Both the position numbers and the translations under genes were made by a program. Positions 8,214 to 18,298 of a DNA stretch of 33,313 nucleotides are shown piece by piece (position 1 is the first letter of the stretch; every line of letters starts with the position of its first letter). Source of the stretch: Puniceicoccales bacterium (GTDB lineage: Bacteria > Verrucomicrobiota > Verrucomicrobiia > Opitutales > JAIRKQ01); assembly GCA_031266155.1 (NCBI GenBank), contig JAISBO010000056.1, positions 1 to 33,313 on the forward strand. Direction: 5' to 3'. Under the pieces are notes generated by a model. That model saw only the letters and a list, made by a program, of their open reading frames with translations. It made no database searches and was not told where the DNA came from.

Positions 8214-9277
8214 ATTGCTAAAATTTCCACATCATCCAGGGTTGGTGAAACCATGTTTTTTACGTAAAATGCCGACGTTGCTGCCGCAAAATTTATGGCA
8301 AAATTTATATCGTTGTTGCACAAATACGAAGCTAAAAAACCTGCGTTGTACCGGTCACCTGCCCCCGTTGAAATTTTCGGATTTTCCACGAAATACCTGT
8401 TCGTAATTGCAGACTCTTCGCCTGCGGCAACGGAAGATACTTTAACGCCATGGATAAACACCACCTCAATTTTTAAAACCTTGCGTAACAATTTGGCAGC
8501 CTCTTCCATACGGTCTTCCCTTTCATCGAGCTGAAAATCCTGTCCAATGGTATGCAATACCTGTTGTGCTTCCCGGACATTTAACCCCAGGACGGACCTT
8601 CCAAATTGTTGGTAGGAACTAATTAGGTCTAAAAATTCCATGAGCTCAGATTGTTTTCTTTTTTCTGGATCAGCCAAGTCGAAGAAAAATAGCCGATTAT
8701 TCTTTACACATTGCGGCAAAATTTCTGTGGCAAAAAACTGGGCAATGCTTGTCATGTGTTGCATCATTGTCCAGTTTACCATGGCGAAGGCATCGCTTGA
8801 ATCGATGACGGAGACTAGGTCTTTGGGAGATATTTTTGCCAAAATGCTATGGACCGTTGTTTGGGACAACGATAGCATTTCTCCAAATAGGATTTTACCA
8901 TCGGAAAATTCTATGGCTCGAGTTTCACCGTAGCCTCCCGTGGAGATTGCCGATGTTTTATTGGCAAAATCTTGAAAAATATTATTCGCACAATCTCCGA
9001 GCGCGCCGATATATTTAACGTTAGCTCCAAACCTACGCAATGTTTCTGCCAATAGGGGACCATTGCCTCCCATCAGTTTTTTTTGCGGAACAAGCTCGAT
9101 GTTGGAACTTTTCCCCGCGGCGGACATTATTCTTTTCCCAAAATCGGAAATTGTTTCAATTCTTGCATATTTTTCACCGTCACGCATATCAACGGCCTGA
9201 ACTATTGTGTCGACGAAACCGTCGAACCCAACGACCACGTTTTTCGTTTGTATTTTTTCTAAATTTGCCGTTGCCAT
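8210..9277 (-). CDS. Ribokinase/PfkB-superfamily carbohydrate kinase, substrate unknown
   Basis: GGNGPLLAETLRRFGANVKYIGALG (sugar-binding lid region) and the C-terminal ISTGAGDRYNAGFL (the TGAGD catalytic-Asp/anion-hole motif of the superfamily). 355 aa. Confidence 0.7.
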   Translation of the reverse strand: MATANLEKIQTKNVVVGFDGFVDTIVQAVDMRDGEKYARIETISDFGKRIMSAAGKSSNIELVPQKKLMGGNGPLLAETLRRFGANVKYIGALGDCANNIFQDFANKTSAISTGGYGETRAIEFSDGKILFGEMLSLSQTTVHSILAKISPKDLVSVIDSSDAFAMVNWTMMQHMTSIAQFFATEILPQCVKNNRLFFFDLADPEKRKQSELMEFLDLISSYQQFGRSVLGLNVREAQQVLHTIGQDFQLDEREDRMEEAAKLLRKVLKIEVVFIHGVKVSSVAAGEESAITNRYFVENPKISTGAGDRYNAGFLASYLCNNDINFAINFAAATSAFYVKNMVSPTLDDVEILAI

Positions 9278-9282
9278 GATGA

Positions 9283-10428
9283 TTAATGCTGTGATGCACG
9301 ACAGAATAGGGGAATGCCCAGTCCCACTAGTATCATATTGGGTATCCAGGCCAAAATATCAGGTCGTAGGCGGGGATAATCCCCGAACAAAGAGAACATT
9401 GCCATGACGAAATAGTATCCTATGCACAAACACAACGCTATGCCAACATTTAATGGAGTATCCCTGCGATGAACTCTCATGCCAAGAGGAATGGACAGTA
9501 TGGTCATTGCTAATATTCCAAACGCATTTGCAAGATTGCTGCTAATTTGCATATTTATAAGTGTTTTTTGACGGCGAATGCTTTCATAGGAAATCGTATC
9601 TTTTCTAAAATTCAAACTTTTTTTGGCAGCCAACAGTTCACCCAACGTCATCCGATGAAATTTTTTTTTGGCCTGAATGGGAACCCCCAGGAACTCTTTT
9701 ACCGGCAAGTTAATCGTTATATTTTGAAAGAAAACAATTTTTGGGACTCTTTGTAGATCAGTTGCAGAATCATAAAGGTCGAATTTTTCCATGTTTCCAT
9801 CGTTTAATTTTAATAAAAATGTACCCGATGACTCCTCAAACACTATCTGTCCGCTTTTGGCGGAAATGTAGGAATCCAATAAATTCCTTTCGTCGAACCG
9901 CCAAATTTTCATGCCATTAAAGTTTCCCTTTGATAGGCTGTCGACGTATATCGCATACCCTGGGAAATAGTCATTAAATGTTTTCGGAGCAATAAACCGC
10001 ATTGGCTTTTCCCGTATAATATCCCTGAAAAATTGCCTATATTTGCTGACGGAATTGGGGGCATAGCATAGGTTGATATAGCTGGCAAATAGGGTAAAAG
10101 ACAGTGCCAATAAAAATATTGGTCGTGTAATTTTCCACAGGCCCATGCCGATGCTTTTCATGGCAAGTATTTCGTTTTGGGACGACATGCGTCCTATTAC
10201 GACCAATACCCCGGTCATCATACCAAGCGGAAGAGCATATGAAATGACAGATGGTGTAAGTATACACAGCATTTGAAGGGCTTCCTGCCATCTTAATCGT
10301 TTCATCGTTACCCATTCCATCACATCCCTCATGGCATTCGCCACAAGCAATATGCTTACGAATAAACCAGTCGCCGTACAACAAACGATGAAAGTCTCTC
10401 TAAAAACGTATCTTCTAAAAAGGTTCAC
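9283..10428 (-). CDS. LptF/LptG-family LPS export permease
   Basis: The N-terminus LFRRYVFRETF resembles the family consensus (RYixRE). There are three N-terminal transmembrane segments, a large periplasmic insert and three C-terminal transmembrane segments. GTG start 8 nt after the leuS stop. Confidence 0.8.
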   Translation of the reverse strand: MNLFRRYVFRETFIVCCTATGLFVSILLVANAMRDVMEWVTMKRLRWQEALQMLCILTPSVISYALPLGMMTGVLVVIGRMSSQNEILAMKSIGMGLWKITRPIFLLALSFTLFASYINLCYAPNSVSKYRQFFRDIIREKPMRFIAPKTFNDYFPGYAIYVDSLSKGNFNGMKIWRFDERNLLDSYISAKSGQIVFEESSGTFLLKLNDGNMEKFDLYDSATDLQRVPKIVFFQNITINLPVKEFLGVPIQAKKKFHRMTLGELLAAKKSLNFRKDTISYESIRRQKTLINMQISSNLANAFGILAMTILSIPLGMRVHRRDTPLNVGIALCLCIGYYFVMAMFSLFGDYPRLRPDILAWIPNMILVGLGIPLFCRASQH

Positions 10429-10436
10429 AGCAAAAA

Positions 10437-13037
10437 TTATTCAACGACAAAGTTAACAACTGTTCCGTTGACGTAAACCTTTTTGAGTATTTTTTTATCG
10501 GCGACGTATTTTTTTACATTCCCGATGTTTATGGCGAGTTCAAAAATGGTATCTTCCGACATGTTTGCGTCATTTATGACTAATTCTGCCCGCATTTTCC
10601 CATTGACTTGAACGATAATCTTTTGGGAGGTTGCTACGATTTTCGAATCATCGTAGTCCGGCCAGGTGGCATCGTAAATGCTACTATTGTTTCCAAGCCT
10701 TGCCCATAATTCTTCGGAAATATGGGGAGCGAAGGGCGCTAAAATTTTTAGGAAATTCCCGGCGGAGGCATTGTCGAATCCTTCTGCTTTTTGTATGGAA
10801 TTCAAACATATCATCATCTGGGAAATTGCCGTATTGAACTTTAGCCCTTCGATGTCATTTCCAACCTTCTTAATAGTTTCATTGACGACCTTTTGGCATT
10901 CGTCGGATAAACTGTCGTGAAAGCTTTTGCTATTACCATCCCCATCTATGTATTCGTTCCAAATTTTTTTCAAAAACCGAGAAACACCCTCTATGCCTTT
11001 TGTGCTCCACGGCTTCATCATGTCTAGCGGGCCAAGAAACATCTCATATAACCTTAGGGCATCTGCGCCATAGTGCTTCACAATTTCGTCGGGGTTAATG
11101 ACATTTCCGCGGCTTTTGGACATTTTTGTCCCGTCCTCGCCGAGGATGATGCCCTGGTGAAACAGTTTCTTAAATGGTTCTTTCCCTGTCTTGATAGCTC
11201 CTATATCAAACAGAAACCTATGCCAAAATCTTGCATAGAGAAGGTGTAGAACCGCATGCTCCGCTCCCCCTATGTAAAAATCTGGTGTTTGCCAATAATC
11301 TATCGCATTTGGATCGACAATGTCGGTTTCACAGTGGGGCGACAGGTACCTCAAGTAATACCAGCAGGAGCCTGCCCATTGTGGCATGGTATTTGTTTCT
11401 CGGCGACCCAGCACCCAGGAGGAATTTTTGTTTTTTTCATCAAAATCCCCCGCGGGAACAATCTGCCCCGTTTCGACATTTACATAAACGTTCAACCAGG
11501 AGTGTATTTTTGCAAGAGGACTTTCCCCATCACCGGAAGGTAAATAATTATCGGTTGGCGGCAAAGTCAAAGGCAAATGGCTTGTACAAAGCGGCAAAGC
11601 ACAATACATTTCCCCATCCTTGCCATTGGAGATAGGCTCATCCGGTAAAAATTCTTTGAAATAAAATTTATCATTCAAAACCGCCGCCTTGTAGTCATTT
11701 TCTTTGATCCAGATTATTGGAATGGGTTCCCCCCAATATCTTTGGCGGGAAAACAACCAGTCTCGCAATTTGTAATTTTGTGCAAAATCAGCCCGTTTGG
11801 TTTCTCGTAGCCAGGATACGATTTTTCCCTTAGCTTCTTCGGATGGGAGTCCATTGAAATTTCCAGAATTTATCAAAACTCCCTCTCCCACATATGGCAA
11901 ATGGCTGTCTCCGGAAGCATCGTTGATTACTTGGGTGATTGCAATGTCATATTCGGAAGCAAAGTCATAGTCCCGTTTATCATGCCCAGGGACTGCCATA
12001 ATGGCGCCGCTTCCATAGCTGACCAATACGTAATCGGCTACCCAAATTTCTATCTTTTCGCCGTTGGCAGGGTTTATGGCATAGGCTCCCGTTGGCACCC
12101 CTGTTTTTGTTTTCGCCAGGTCCGTCCGTTCCAAATCACTCTTCTTTTGACTGTTTTCGACGTACTTTTTCATGCCATTTTTTAACTTTGGAACAACAAT
12201 TTTTTCAACGAGTGGGTGCTCCGGGGCCAAGACTAAAAATGTTACCCCAAAAATGGTATCCGGACGGGTGGTATATATGCAAATTATGCAAATTTCTTCC
12301 TCATGGCCATCGACCTTGAAATAAATATTTGCCCCTTCCGATTTCCCTATCCAGGCTATCTGTTGACGTTTCGTTGAATCTGGCCAGTCAATATTCGACA
12401 ATTCTTCGAGTAATTTGTCGGCATAGCGTGTTATTCTTAGAACCCACTGGCATAGGTTTTTTCTAATAACCGGGAAATTGCCTCGCTCGGATAGTCCACC
12501 GATGACCTCTTCATTGGCTAGGACTGATTTTAACCCTTCGCACCACCAAACGGGACACTCATCCACGTAGGCCAACCCATGCTTAAAAAGTTGTAAAAAT
12601 ATCCACTGGGTCCACTTAAAATAGGTGGGGTCGGTGGTATTAATTTCCCTTTCCCAGTCAATCGCAAACCCGATTCGTTTCATTTGCTTTTTGAAGACTG
12701 ATATATTGTTGGCAGTATTAGTGGCAGGGTTAACACCCGTTTGAATTGCGTGCTGTTCCGCCGGGAGTCCAAACGCATCCCATCCCATTGGGTGTAATAC
12801 ATTATACCCCTTTGCGTGCTTGTATCTCGCCAATATATCGGACGCGGTATACCCTTCGGGATGGCCAATGTGTAGACCTGCCCCCGATGGATAGGGAAAC
12901 ATGTCCAAAGCATAGTATTTTTCTTTGGAAGGATTTTCTCGTACGCAGAACGTTTTGTTTTCATCCCAAAACTTTTGCCAAAACAGCTCTATTTGATCAA
13001 AGTCATATTGTTTGCAACCGGAATACATGGCGGCCAT
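10437..13037 (-). CDS. leuS: Leucine--tRNA ligase
   Basis: PYPSGAGLHIGHPEGYT (HIGH), KMSKSRGN (KMSKS) and the editing-domain block TTRPDTIFGVTF. The track ORF begins at a TTG (13067). ATG at 13037 or 13028 is more likely, because LeuS normally starts a few residues before the YxxxxIE.KWQ motif. Confidence 0.97.
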   Translation of the reverse strand: MAAMYSGCKQYDFDQIELFWQKFWDENKTFCVRENPSKEKYYALDMFPYPSGAGLHIGHPEGYTASDILARYKHAKGYNVLHPMGWDAFGLPAEQHAIQTGVNPATNTANNISVFKKQMKRIGFAIDWEREINTTDPTYFKWTQWIFLQLFKHGLAYVDECPVWWCEGLKSVLANEEVIGGLSERGNFPVIRKNLCQWVLRITRYADKLLEELSNIDWPDSTKRQQIAWIGKSEGANIYFKVDGHEEEICIICIYTTRPDTIFGVTFLVLAPEHPLVEKIVVPKLKNGMKKYVENSQKKSDLERTDLAKTKTGVPTGAYAINPANGEKIEIWVADYVLVSYGSGAIMAVPGHDKRDYDFASEYDIAITQVINDASGDSHLPYVGEGVLINSGNFNGLPSEEAKGKIVSWLRETKRADFAQNYKLRDWLFSRQRYWGEPIPIIWIKENDYKAAVLNDKFYFKEFLPDEPISNGKDGEMYCALPLCTSHLPLTLPPTDNYLPSGDGESPLAKIHSWLNVYVNVETGQIVPAGDFDEKNKNSSWVLGRRETNTMPQWAGSCWYYLRYLSPHCETDIVDPNAIDYWQTPDFYIGGAEHAVLHLLYARFWHRFLFDIGAIKTGKEPFKKLFHQGIILGEDGTKMSKSRGNVINPDEIVKHYGADALRLYEMFLGPLDMMKPWSTKGIEGVSRFLKKIWNEYIDGDGNSKSFHDSLSDECQKVVNETIKKVGNDIEGLKFNTAISQMMICLNSIQKAEGFDNASAGNFLKILAPFAPHISEELWARLGNNSSIYDATWPDYDDSKIVATSQKIIVQVNGKMRAELVINDANMSEDTIFELAINIGNVKKYVADKKILKKVYVNGTVVNFVVE

Positions 13038-13256
13038 ATAACAAATGTTTCCCCTAGAGAAAAGCAAAATTTTATGGCTCCAGAATTTTTAAATTTTTTA
13101 AAAAATACTCGACAATAGCACACAACTATGCAAAGATGCCAACCATCTTCGTGCATATTCGCATTCACTAAAACAAAGATTGATGTATTTTTGGGATTAA
13201 ACATGTTCGCGATTTTTAATGCATGGCTTTCTATGATTAGAAAAATTTGAATTTTT

Positions 13257-15185
13257 ATGGATACGGAACTTACTAACGGTGATGACTATGAAGTGAAAAA
13301 AAATAGACGAAAATCGTCTACCAAACCAATTAAACACAACCAAAATACTTCCCAAAACGCTGAATCAGCTGCCCCTAATGGAGAAGATGATTATGTGCCC
13401 GAAAGGTTTTCTACCGATTTGGACAATGGCAATGACTCTGGAATTTCGCACGATACGAGTAACGATGGTGCCTCCGATGTCGTTTGGACTCCTAGGCATT
13501 CAAACACCGCCATAGATGATGATTTATCTCCTGTCCCCGTGGACAATTCTGAAAGGAAAAATGCCGAAGGGCGAAGATTTTCCACGCAGGTTGAAGAACA
13601 ATCACCGTCAAATGCAACGCGGATGTCTTCCCAGAGACAACAAAATCATCGCAATGGCAATGACAGGCCCCGAAACAATGACAATCGGTCCCAGAACAAT
13701 GGAGGACGTTCTGGCAGAGATAACGGCAAAAATAATCACGGGAACAATGGTCAAAATTTTAAACACCAGCAAAATAATGGCCAAAACCGGCAGCGGTTTG
13801 CCAAGACAGTAAAAATTGGCCAGCTGTCGAGTGGATTAATTAAAGAAATGGGGTGTCTGAGTTCGTTCGACGCACTGGCAAATTTTGCCGATGAAAATAT
13901 CAATTTTGATACTCCTCCCTTCAATTTTAATGAGGCCTATGAAGCTCGAGCAACGTTGTCGATAAAAGATATTCCGGCCTATGACGGTGCGGCGGAAGAA
14001 AATAACAAAGGTAGTCATAAATTTTTTGAGGCCTTGATGGTAAAGAAGTTTGAAGAGAAAATTCCCATCATTGCCAGAGGGGTATTGGAAACCATTGAAG
14101 GTGGGGATGGCCTACTGGTATATGCCAACGATAATTATAGAATTCGTCCCCAGAGCGCATTTATTCCGAAGTTTTTGATACAGAAATATGGATTGCGTCG
14201 CGGACAGGACGTGGTGGCCTATTTGCACCCACCTGCCCAAAATTCCACCTGTCCATTCCTATTAAAAATCAACAGTGTAATAGACTGTGACCCAAGCCAG
14301 GTAGGCAATCTGCCGAAATTTAAGGATTTGATTCCGTTCTATCCTACGGAGAGGCTATTTTTGGAGTGCACGGGCGATACAAAATGGGACAATGTTTCCA
14401 TGCGCATTATCGATATTTTGACCCCCGTTGGCCTTGGGCAGCGTGGATTAATTGTTGCCCCTCCGAGGACGGGGAAAACCGTCCTGTTACAAGGGATAGC
14501 CAATGCCATTTCGAAAAATCGTCCCGATGTTAAACTGATCATACTGCTAATCGACGAAAGGCCGGAAGAAGTTACGGATTTTCGCAGGCAAGTCGCTAAT
14601 GCCGAAATAATCAGTTCAACGTTTGATGAATCCACGGACAATCATGTGCATGCAGCTGACATGGTGATCGACAAAGCTCGTAGGCAAGTAGAAGCAGGGA
14701 AACATGTGGTCATATTACTCGACTCGATTACGCGGCTCGCACGGGCTCACAATACGGAACAACCCAGCAGTGGCAAATTGTTGTCTGGCGGTGTTGATGC
14801 CAACGCTCTTCAGGCACCAAAAAAGTTTTTTGGAGCCGCAAGAAATATTGAGGGCGGAGGAAGTTTGACAATCCTAGCAACTGCGCTCGTGGAAACGGGA
14901 AGTCGCATGGATGAGGTAATTTTTGAAGAATTTAAGGGGACGGGGAACATGGAGCTGCATCTCGACAGAAGCCTCATCGATAAACGAATGTTCCCGGCAT
15001 TAAACATTGAAAAAAGTGGAACGAGGAAAGAGGAATTGCTCTATCATCCCGAGGAAATGGAAAAGGTATACGCTTTGCGACGGGCCGTAAAGGGGATTTC
15101 TCCGACCGATGCAATGGAGATGCTAATTCAGCGCATTAGAAAAACCAAAACAAACACAGAATTTTTGTTGAATGTAAACCGATGA
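13257..15185 (+). CDS. rho: Transcription termination factor Rho with a long N-terminal low-complexity extension
   Basis: The C-terminal ~450 aa are collinear with E. coli Rho as I recall it ([67 protein letters not shown]). The first ~185 aa are extra. Confidence 0.95.
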   Translation: MDTELTNGDDYEVKKNRRKSSTKPIKHNQNTSQNAESAAPNGEDDYVPERFSTDLDNGNDSGISHDTSNDGASDVVWTPRHSNTAIDDDLSPVPVDNSERKNAEGRRFSTQVEEQSPSNATRMSSQRQQNHRNGNDRPRNNDNRSQNNGGRSGRDNGKNNHGNNGQNFKHQQNNGQNRQRFAKTVKIGQLSSGLIKEMGCLSSFDALANFADENINFDTPPFNFNEAYEARATLSIKDIPAYDGAAEENNKGSHKFFEALMVKKFEEKIPIIARGVLETIEGGDGLLVYANDNYRIRPQSAFIPKFLIQKYGLRRGQDVVAYLHPPAQNSTCPFLLKINSVIDCDPSQVGNLPKFKDLIPFYPTERLFLECTGDTKWDNVSMRIIDILTPVGLGQRGLIVAPPRTGKTVLLQGIANAISKNRPDVKLIILLIDERPEEVTDFRRQVANAEIISSTFDESTDNHVHAADMVIDKARRQVEAGKHVVILLDSITRLARAHNTEQPSSGKLLSGGVDANALQAPKKFFGAARNIEGGGSLTILATALVETGSRMDEVIFEEFKGTGNMELHLDRSLIDKRMFPALNIEKSGTRKEELLYHPEEMEKVYALRRAVKGISPTDAMEMLIQRIRKTKTNTEFLLNVNR

Positions 15186-15221
15186 TTTAAAGTCTCCAGG
15201 ATGTAGATATTTGTCGTTCCA

Positions 15222-16007
15222 ATGAGTGAAAATAAATCATCGCCACATTACCTGTTTAGCATACGCATGCGAGCCGCAACCAATGGCAGTAATGGAAATG
15301 AAAGACGGCATTTATCCGGTTGTGAACGTTTAGTATCCGGTGACCAGATGGCCACGGTTGTTCAAAACCTTTTCCAGAGGATTTTAACACATACGCGTGG
15401 AGAAGCGGATGCCATTAATATCCAAATCGACAAAATAGACAGGGCAATGGTCCGTCTGGTCCCTGCTTTAGCGATAGAATCACTGGAATTTGCAACCGTG
15501 GAACAAGCCCGCAGCAGTGCTATTACTTCGCTCGTTGAATTTGGGGTTTCAAAAATTGCAGCGTGCAAGGGCATTGAATTAATCAAGAATTTATCGGCAA
15601 GTATGCGGGGAGGAATGGTCCTGGATGCTATTGCCGGTGAACGCATTGATGGCTCTGGTGTCCGTGGGATTCGACTATCGCACATGGACTGTGAAAATGA
15701 ATCCGCATTTTTGAGTTTTTTAGCCGAATCCGAACTAGGTAGCGAAAAGGTTCGAGAAGCCATAATATTAGCTTCGAAAGCAGCATTTGCAAAGGATTGT
15801 GTGGCTGAGTTGTGTTGGTCTGATGATCCGCACTACGTTACTGGATATGTTGCTTCCAAAGAAACCTATAGGAGACTTTCTCCGATGAAATTAAAAGAGG
15901 ACCATATCGGTGGGCGTGTGTTTTTTGTTAATCCGAGCGTAGACCTCGAGGATTTAATTGACTTTTTCGAACATCAGCCGGTATTGGTGAAAGCTTTGAG
16001 GAAATAG
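15222..16007 (+). CDS. bioW: 6-carboxyhexanoate--CoA ligase (pimeloyl-CoA synthetase)
   Basis: FSIRMRAATNGS...HLSGCERL...GVRGIRLSHMD...ILASK...VAELCWSDDPHYVTGYVAS...GGRVFFV...HQPVLV parallels B. subtilis BioW along its full length (from memory). Similar size (261 aa). Confidence 0.9.
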   Translation: MSENKSSPHYLFSIRMRAATNGSNGNERRHLSGCERLVSGDQMATVVQNLFQRILTHTRGEADAINIQIDKIDRAMVRLVPALAIESLEFATVEQARSSAITSLVEFGVSKIAACKGIELIKNLSASMRGGMVLDAIAGERIDGSGVRGIRLSHMDCENESAFLSFLAESELGSEKVREAIILASKAAFAKDCVAELCWSDDPHYVTGYVASKETYRRLSPMKLKEDHIGGRVFFVNPSVDLEDLIDFFEHQPVLVKALRK

Positions 16008-16009
16008 AC

Positions 16010-17182
16010 ATGCATAGGCAAGCGTATTGGCAATCTGAAATTGAAAAATATCATCGCATGCATTTGACGAGAAATATCCCAATGCTAAAGTTTCTCGATG
16101 CGACGCATGGTGTGACCGAAATTGGCCATAGACTTTTCGTGGCGTGTACCAACGACTATTTGGGGCTACGGTTCCATCCCGAAGTCATAGAATCCGCCCA
16201 AAGGTGTATGCGTTGTGGTGGTTTTGGATCCAGCGGTGCACGGCTAACGACGGGGGCGCATCCACTGGCAAATCAATTGGAAAGGGAATTGGCTGATTTC
16301 AAACATTCCGAAGCGGCACTAATCTTCAACACCGGATACATGGCAAATATCGGCCTAATTTCAACTATTTGCCGCAGCGGAGACGTGATATTCAGCGATG
16401 AAAAGAACCATGCCAGCATAATTGATGGCTGCAAACTTTCCCACGGCAAGGTGGTGATTTATCCCCACCGCGATATTGATCGGTTACGGGAACTATTGGA
16501 TGAGCATCGAGGTGAATCACGTTTTATTATTACGGAAGGGGTTTTTAGCATGGATGGCACCGTCGCCCCATTGCCCGAATTGCTGCAGCTGGCGGAAAAT
16601 TTCGACGCACACGTTATCATCGATGATGCTCATGGGTTAGGTGTTTTGGGGGAGAGAGGTCACGGGACCCTAGAACACTTCAATATTTTATCGAATCCAC
16701 ACATCATACAAGTCGGAACATGCAGCAAAGCACTCGGAAGCCTGGGCGGTTTTGTTTGTGGAACCAAATGTCTAATTCAATACCTGTGCCAGCGCTCGCG
16801 CCCTTTCATATGCTCTACAATGCTCCCAGCGTCGATACTGGCAGCTTCGTCGAAGGCTCTGCAAATCCTGCAAGACCGGCCGGAGAGAGTGCGTAGATTG
16901 AGACAGCTGTCGGAGATAGCGAAAAGTATTTTTTCAGAATCTGGAATGGCATTCCCCTCGGAAGCCATAGCCATTTTACCAATAGTCATTGGAGATGAAA
17001 CCCGGACGATGAAAATTTTCGAAAATCTTTACCAACAGGGAATTTATTTGACAGCAATTCGCTATCCTTCAGTTCCTCTAGGCCAAGCACGGCTAAGGCT
17101 TTCCGTCTGTTCCGAATATGAGGAAGATGAGTGGAGAGATGCATTGGTCCGCATAGTCAATACCATCAAAACGATTGATTGA
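16010..17182 (+). CDS. bioF: 8-amino-7-oxononanoate synthase
   Basis: Alpha-oxoamine synthase layout: NDYLGL, GSSGARLTTG, DDAHGLGVLG and the PLP-lysine motif CSKALGSLGGF. The start is 2 nt after the bioW stop. Confidence 0.9.
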   Translation: MHRQAYWQSEIEKYHRMHLTRNIPMLKFLDATHGVTEIGHRLFVACTNDYLGLRFHPEVIESAQRCMRCGGFGSSGARLTTGAHPLANQLERELADFKHSEAALIFNTGYMANIGLISTICRSGDVIFSDEKNHASIIDGCKLSHGKVVIYPHRDIDRLRELLDEHRGESRFIITEGVFSMDGTVAPLPELLQLAENFDAHVIIDDAHGLGVLGERGHGTLEHFNILSNPHIIQVGTCSKALGSLGGFVCGTKCLIQYLCQRSRPFICSTMLPASILAASSKALQILQDRPERVRRLRQLSEIAKSIFSESGMAFPSEAIAILPIVIGDETRTMKIFENLYQQGIYLTAIRYPSVPLGQARLRLSVCSEYEEDEWRDALVRIVNTIKTID

Positions 17183-17270
17183 TTTACCAAAGGACCTTTA
17201 CTCAATGGCTTGCGGCGTAATATCAAGTATGCCTTTCCCGTCGCAAATTGCGTGAATTGTGGTGTTTCTT

Positions 17271-17307
17271 GGGCAATGACAGATCAATCTTTTTGTCGCC
17301 CCTTTTT
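17271..17307 (+). terminator. Possible intrinsic terminator about 90 nt downstream of bioF
   Basis: GGGC-aat-GAC / 14-nt loop / GTCGCCC followed by CTTTTT. The stem is short and bulged. Confidence 0.3.
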
Positions 17308-17482
17308 AGGTTGCATTTTATGGTTTGTATGGTATTGATTTGTTACCCTATCGGTGGCAGGAAAGTTATGTTTTATGATTGATTGCGTTGAAATGCTTTA
17401 CTTTTATTGAAACTTTTGCAATGGTTGTAATATAGGTTCGTGTTTTGCCCGGAAAAATCCAAAATTTTAAAATACATATAAT

Positions 17483-18298
17483 ATGATAATAGTCATAGAC
17501 ACCCTAGATGATATCGAACAAAAGCTAAAGGGAGCTGATGGTAACACTTTGGTGGTGTTTGATTGTGATGAAGTGTTAACGACACTTTCTGAACAGGTTT
17601 GGCAGGCTCGAAACCATGATTTCCTCGTTAAATGGTGCACCGAGAATATTTCTAATTTTTCAGAAGATGTGCTGTATGAACTTGTAACGTCCATTTTAGT
17701 ATCCAGCAAGAATCTTTTAGTAAATCAGCGAATGCCAGAGCTTGTCGAGAATTTGCGCGGAAGAAATATAAAATCCGTCGTCTTGACTGCACTTTCCACA
17801 CAACCCATTGCTTCCATAATGGATCCGATGGCATGGAGAATATCAACATTGGAAAGTTTCGGATATAATTTTAAAATGTTTTGGCCTTCATTGCTCGACA
17901 GATATTTTAAAGAATTTGGCGGAGAATACCCGCCAGCCTATGGCTCAGGAGTAATTTGTTGTGGGAGTATCCCCAAATCACGGTGTTTGATGGCATTTCT
18001 TGCCTATGCCAACATTGCACCGGACAGAGTAATTTTCATAGATGATAAAATAGAAAACCTAGAAGATGTTAAAGAGCAATGCGACCTTGCGAAGATTAAA
18101 TTTCTTGGAATTAGGTATACGGAGTCCCACAAATTGACCCCGACTATCCCTTTTTGTGCAAATAAAATTAGGTGTCAATTGACAACTTTAAAAGAGAAAA
18201 GTATTTGGATTCCCGATAGTGACATTGAAAAAATTTTAGCATCGAGTCCTAAGTTTGAATACCAGCAACAACCCCAAAAGAAGAAATACCAACGCTAA
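17483..18298 (+). CDS. HAD-superfamily phosphatase-like protein (DUF2608-like), function unknown
   Basis: All four HAD motifs can be read: I VVFDCDEVLT (DxDxV/T), II VVLTALS, III a Lys in GSIPKSR, IV IFIDDKIENLED. My recollection of the DUF2608 family is the only basis for that label. Confidence 0.55.
   Translation: MIIVIDTLDDIEQKLKGADGNTLVVFDCDEVLTTLSEQVWQARNHDFLVKWCTENISNFSEDVLYELVTSILVSSKNLLVNQRMPELVENLRGRNIKSVVLTALSTQPIASIMDPMAWRISTLESFGYNFKMFWPSLLDRYFKEFGGEYPPAYGSGVICCGSIPKSRCLMAFLAYANIAPDRVIFIDDKIENLEDVKEQCDLAKIKFLGIRYTESHKLTPTIPFCANKIRCQLTTLKEKSIWIPDSDIEKILASSPKFEYQQQPQKKKYQR

Noticed and set aside
13038-13067. N-terminal extensions produced by the track's use of TTG/GTG starts (leuS 13067, tadA 1487, ABC-F 4225, fbaB 32405).
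   Set aside because: In each case an ATG a few codons downstream aligns better with the known family N-terminus, or has a better-placed Shine-Dalgarno sequence. The extensions add non-conserved residues.
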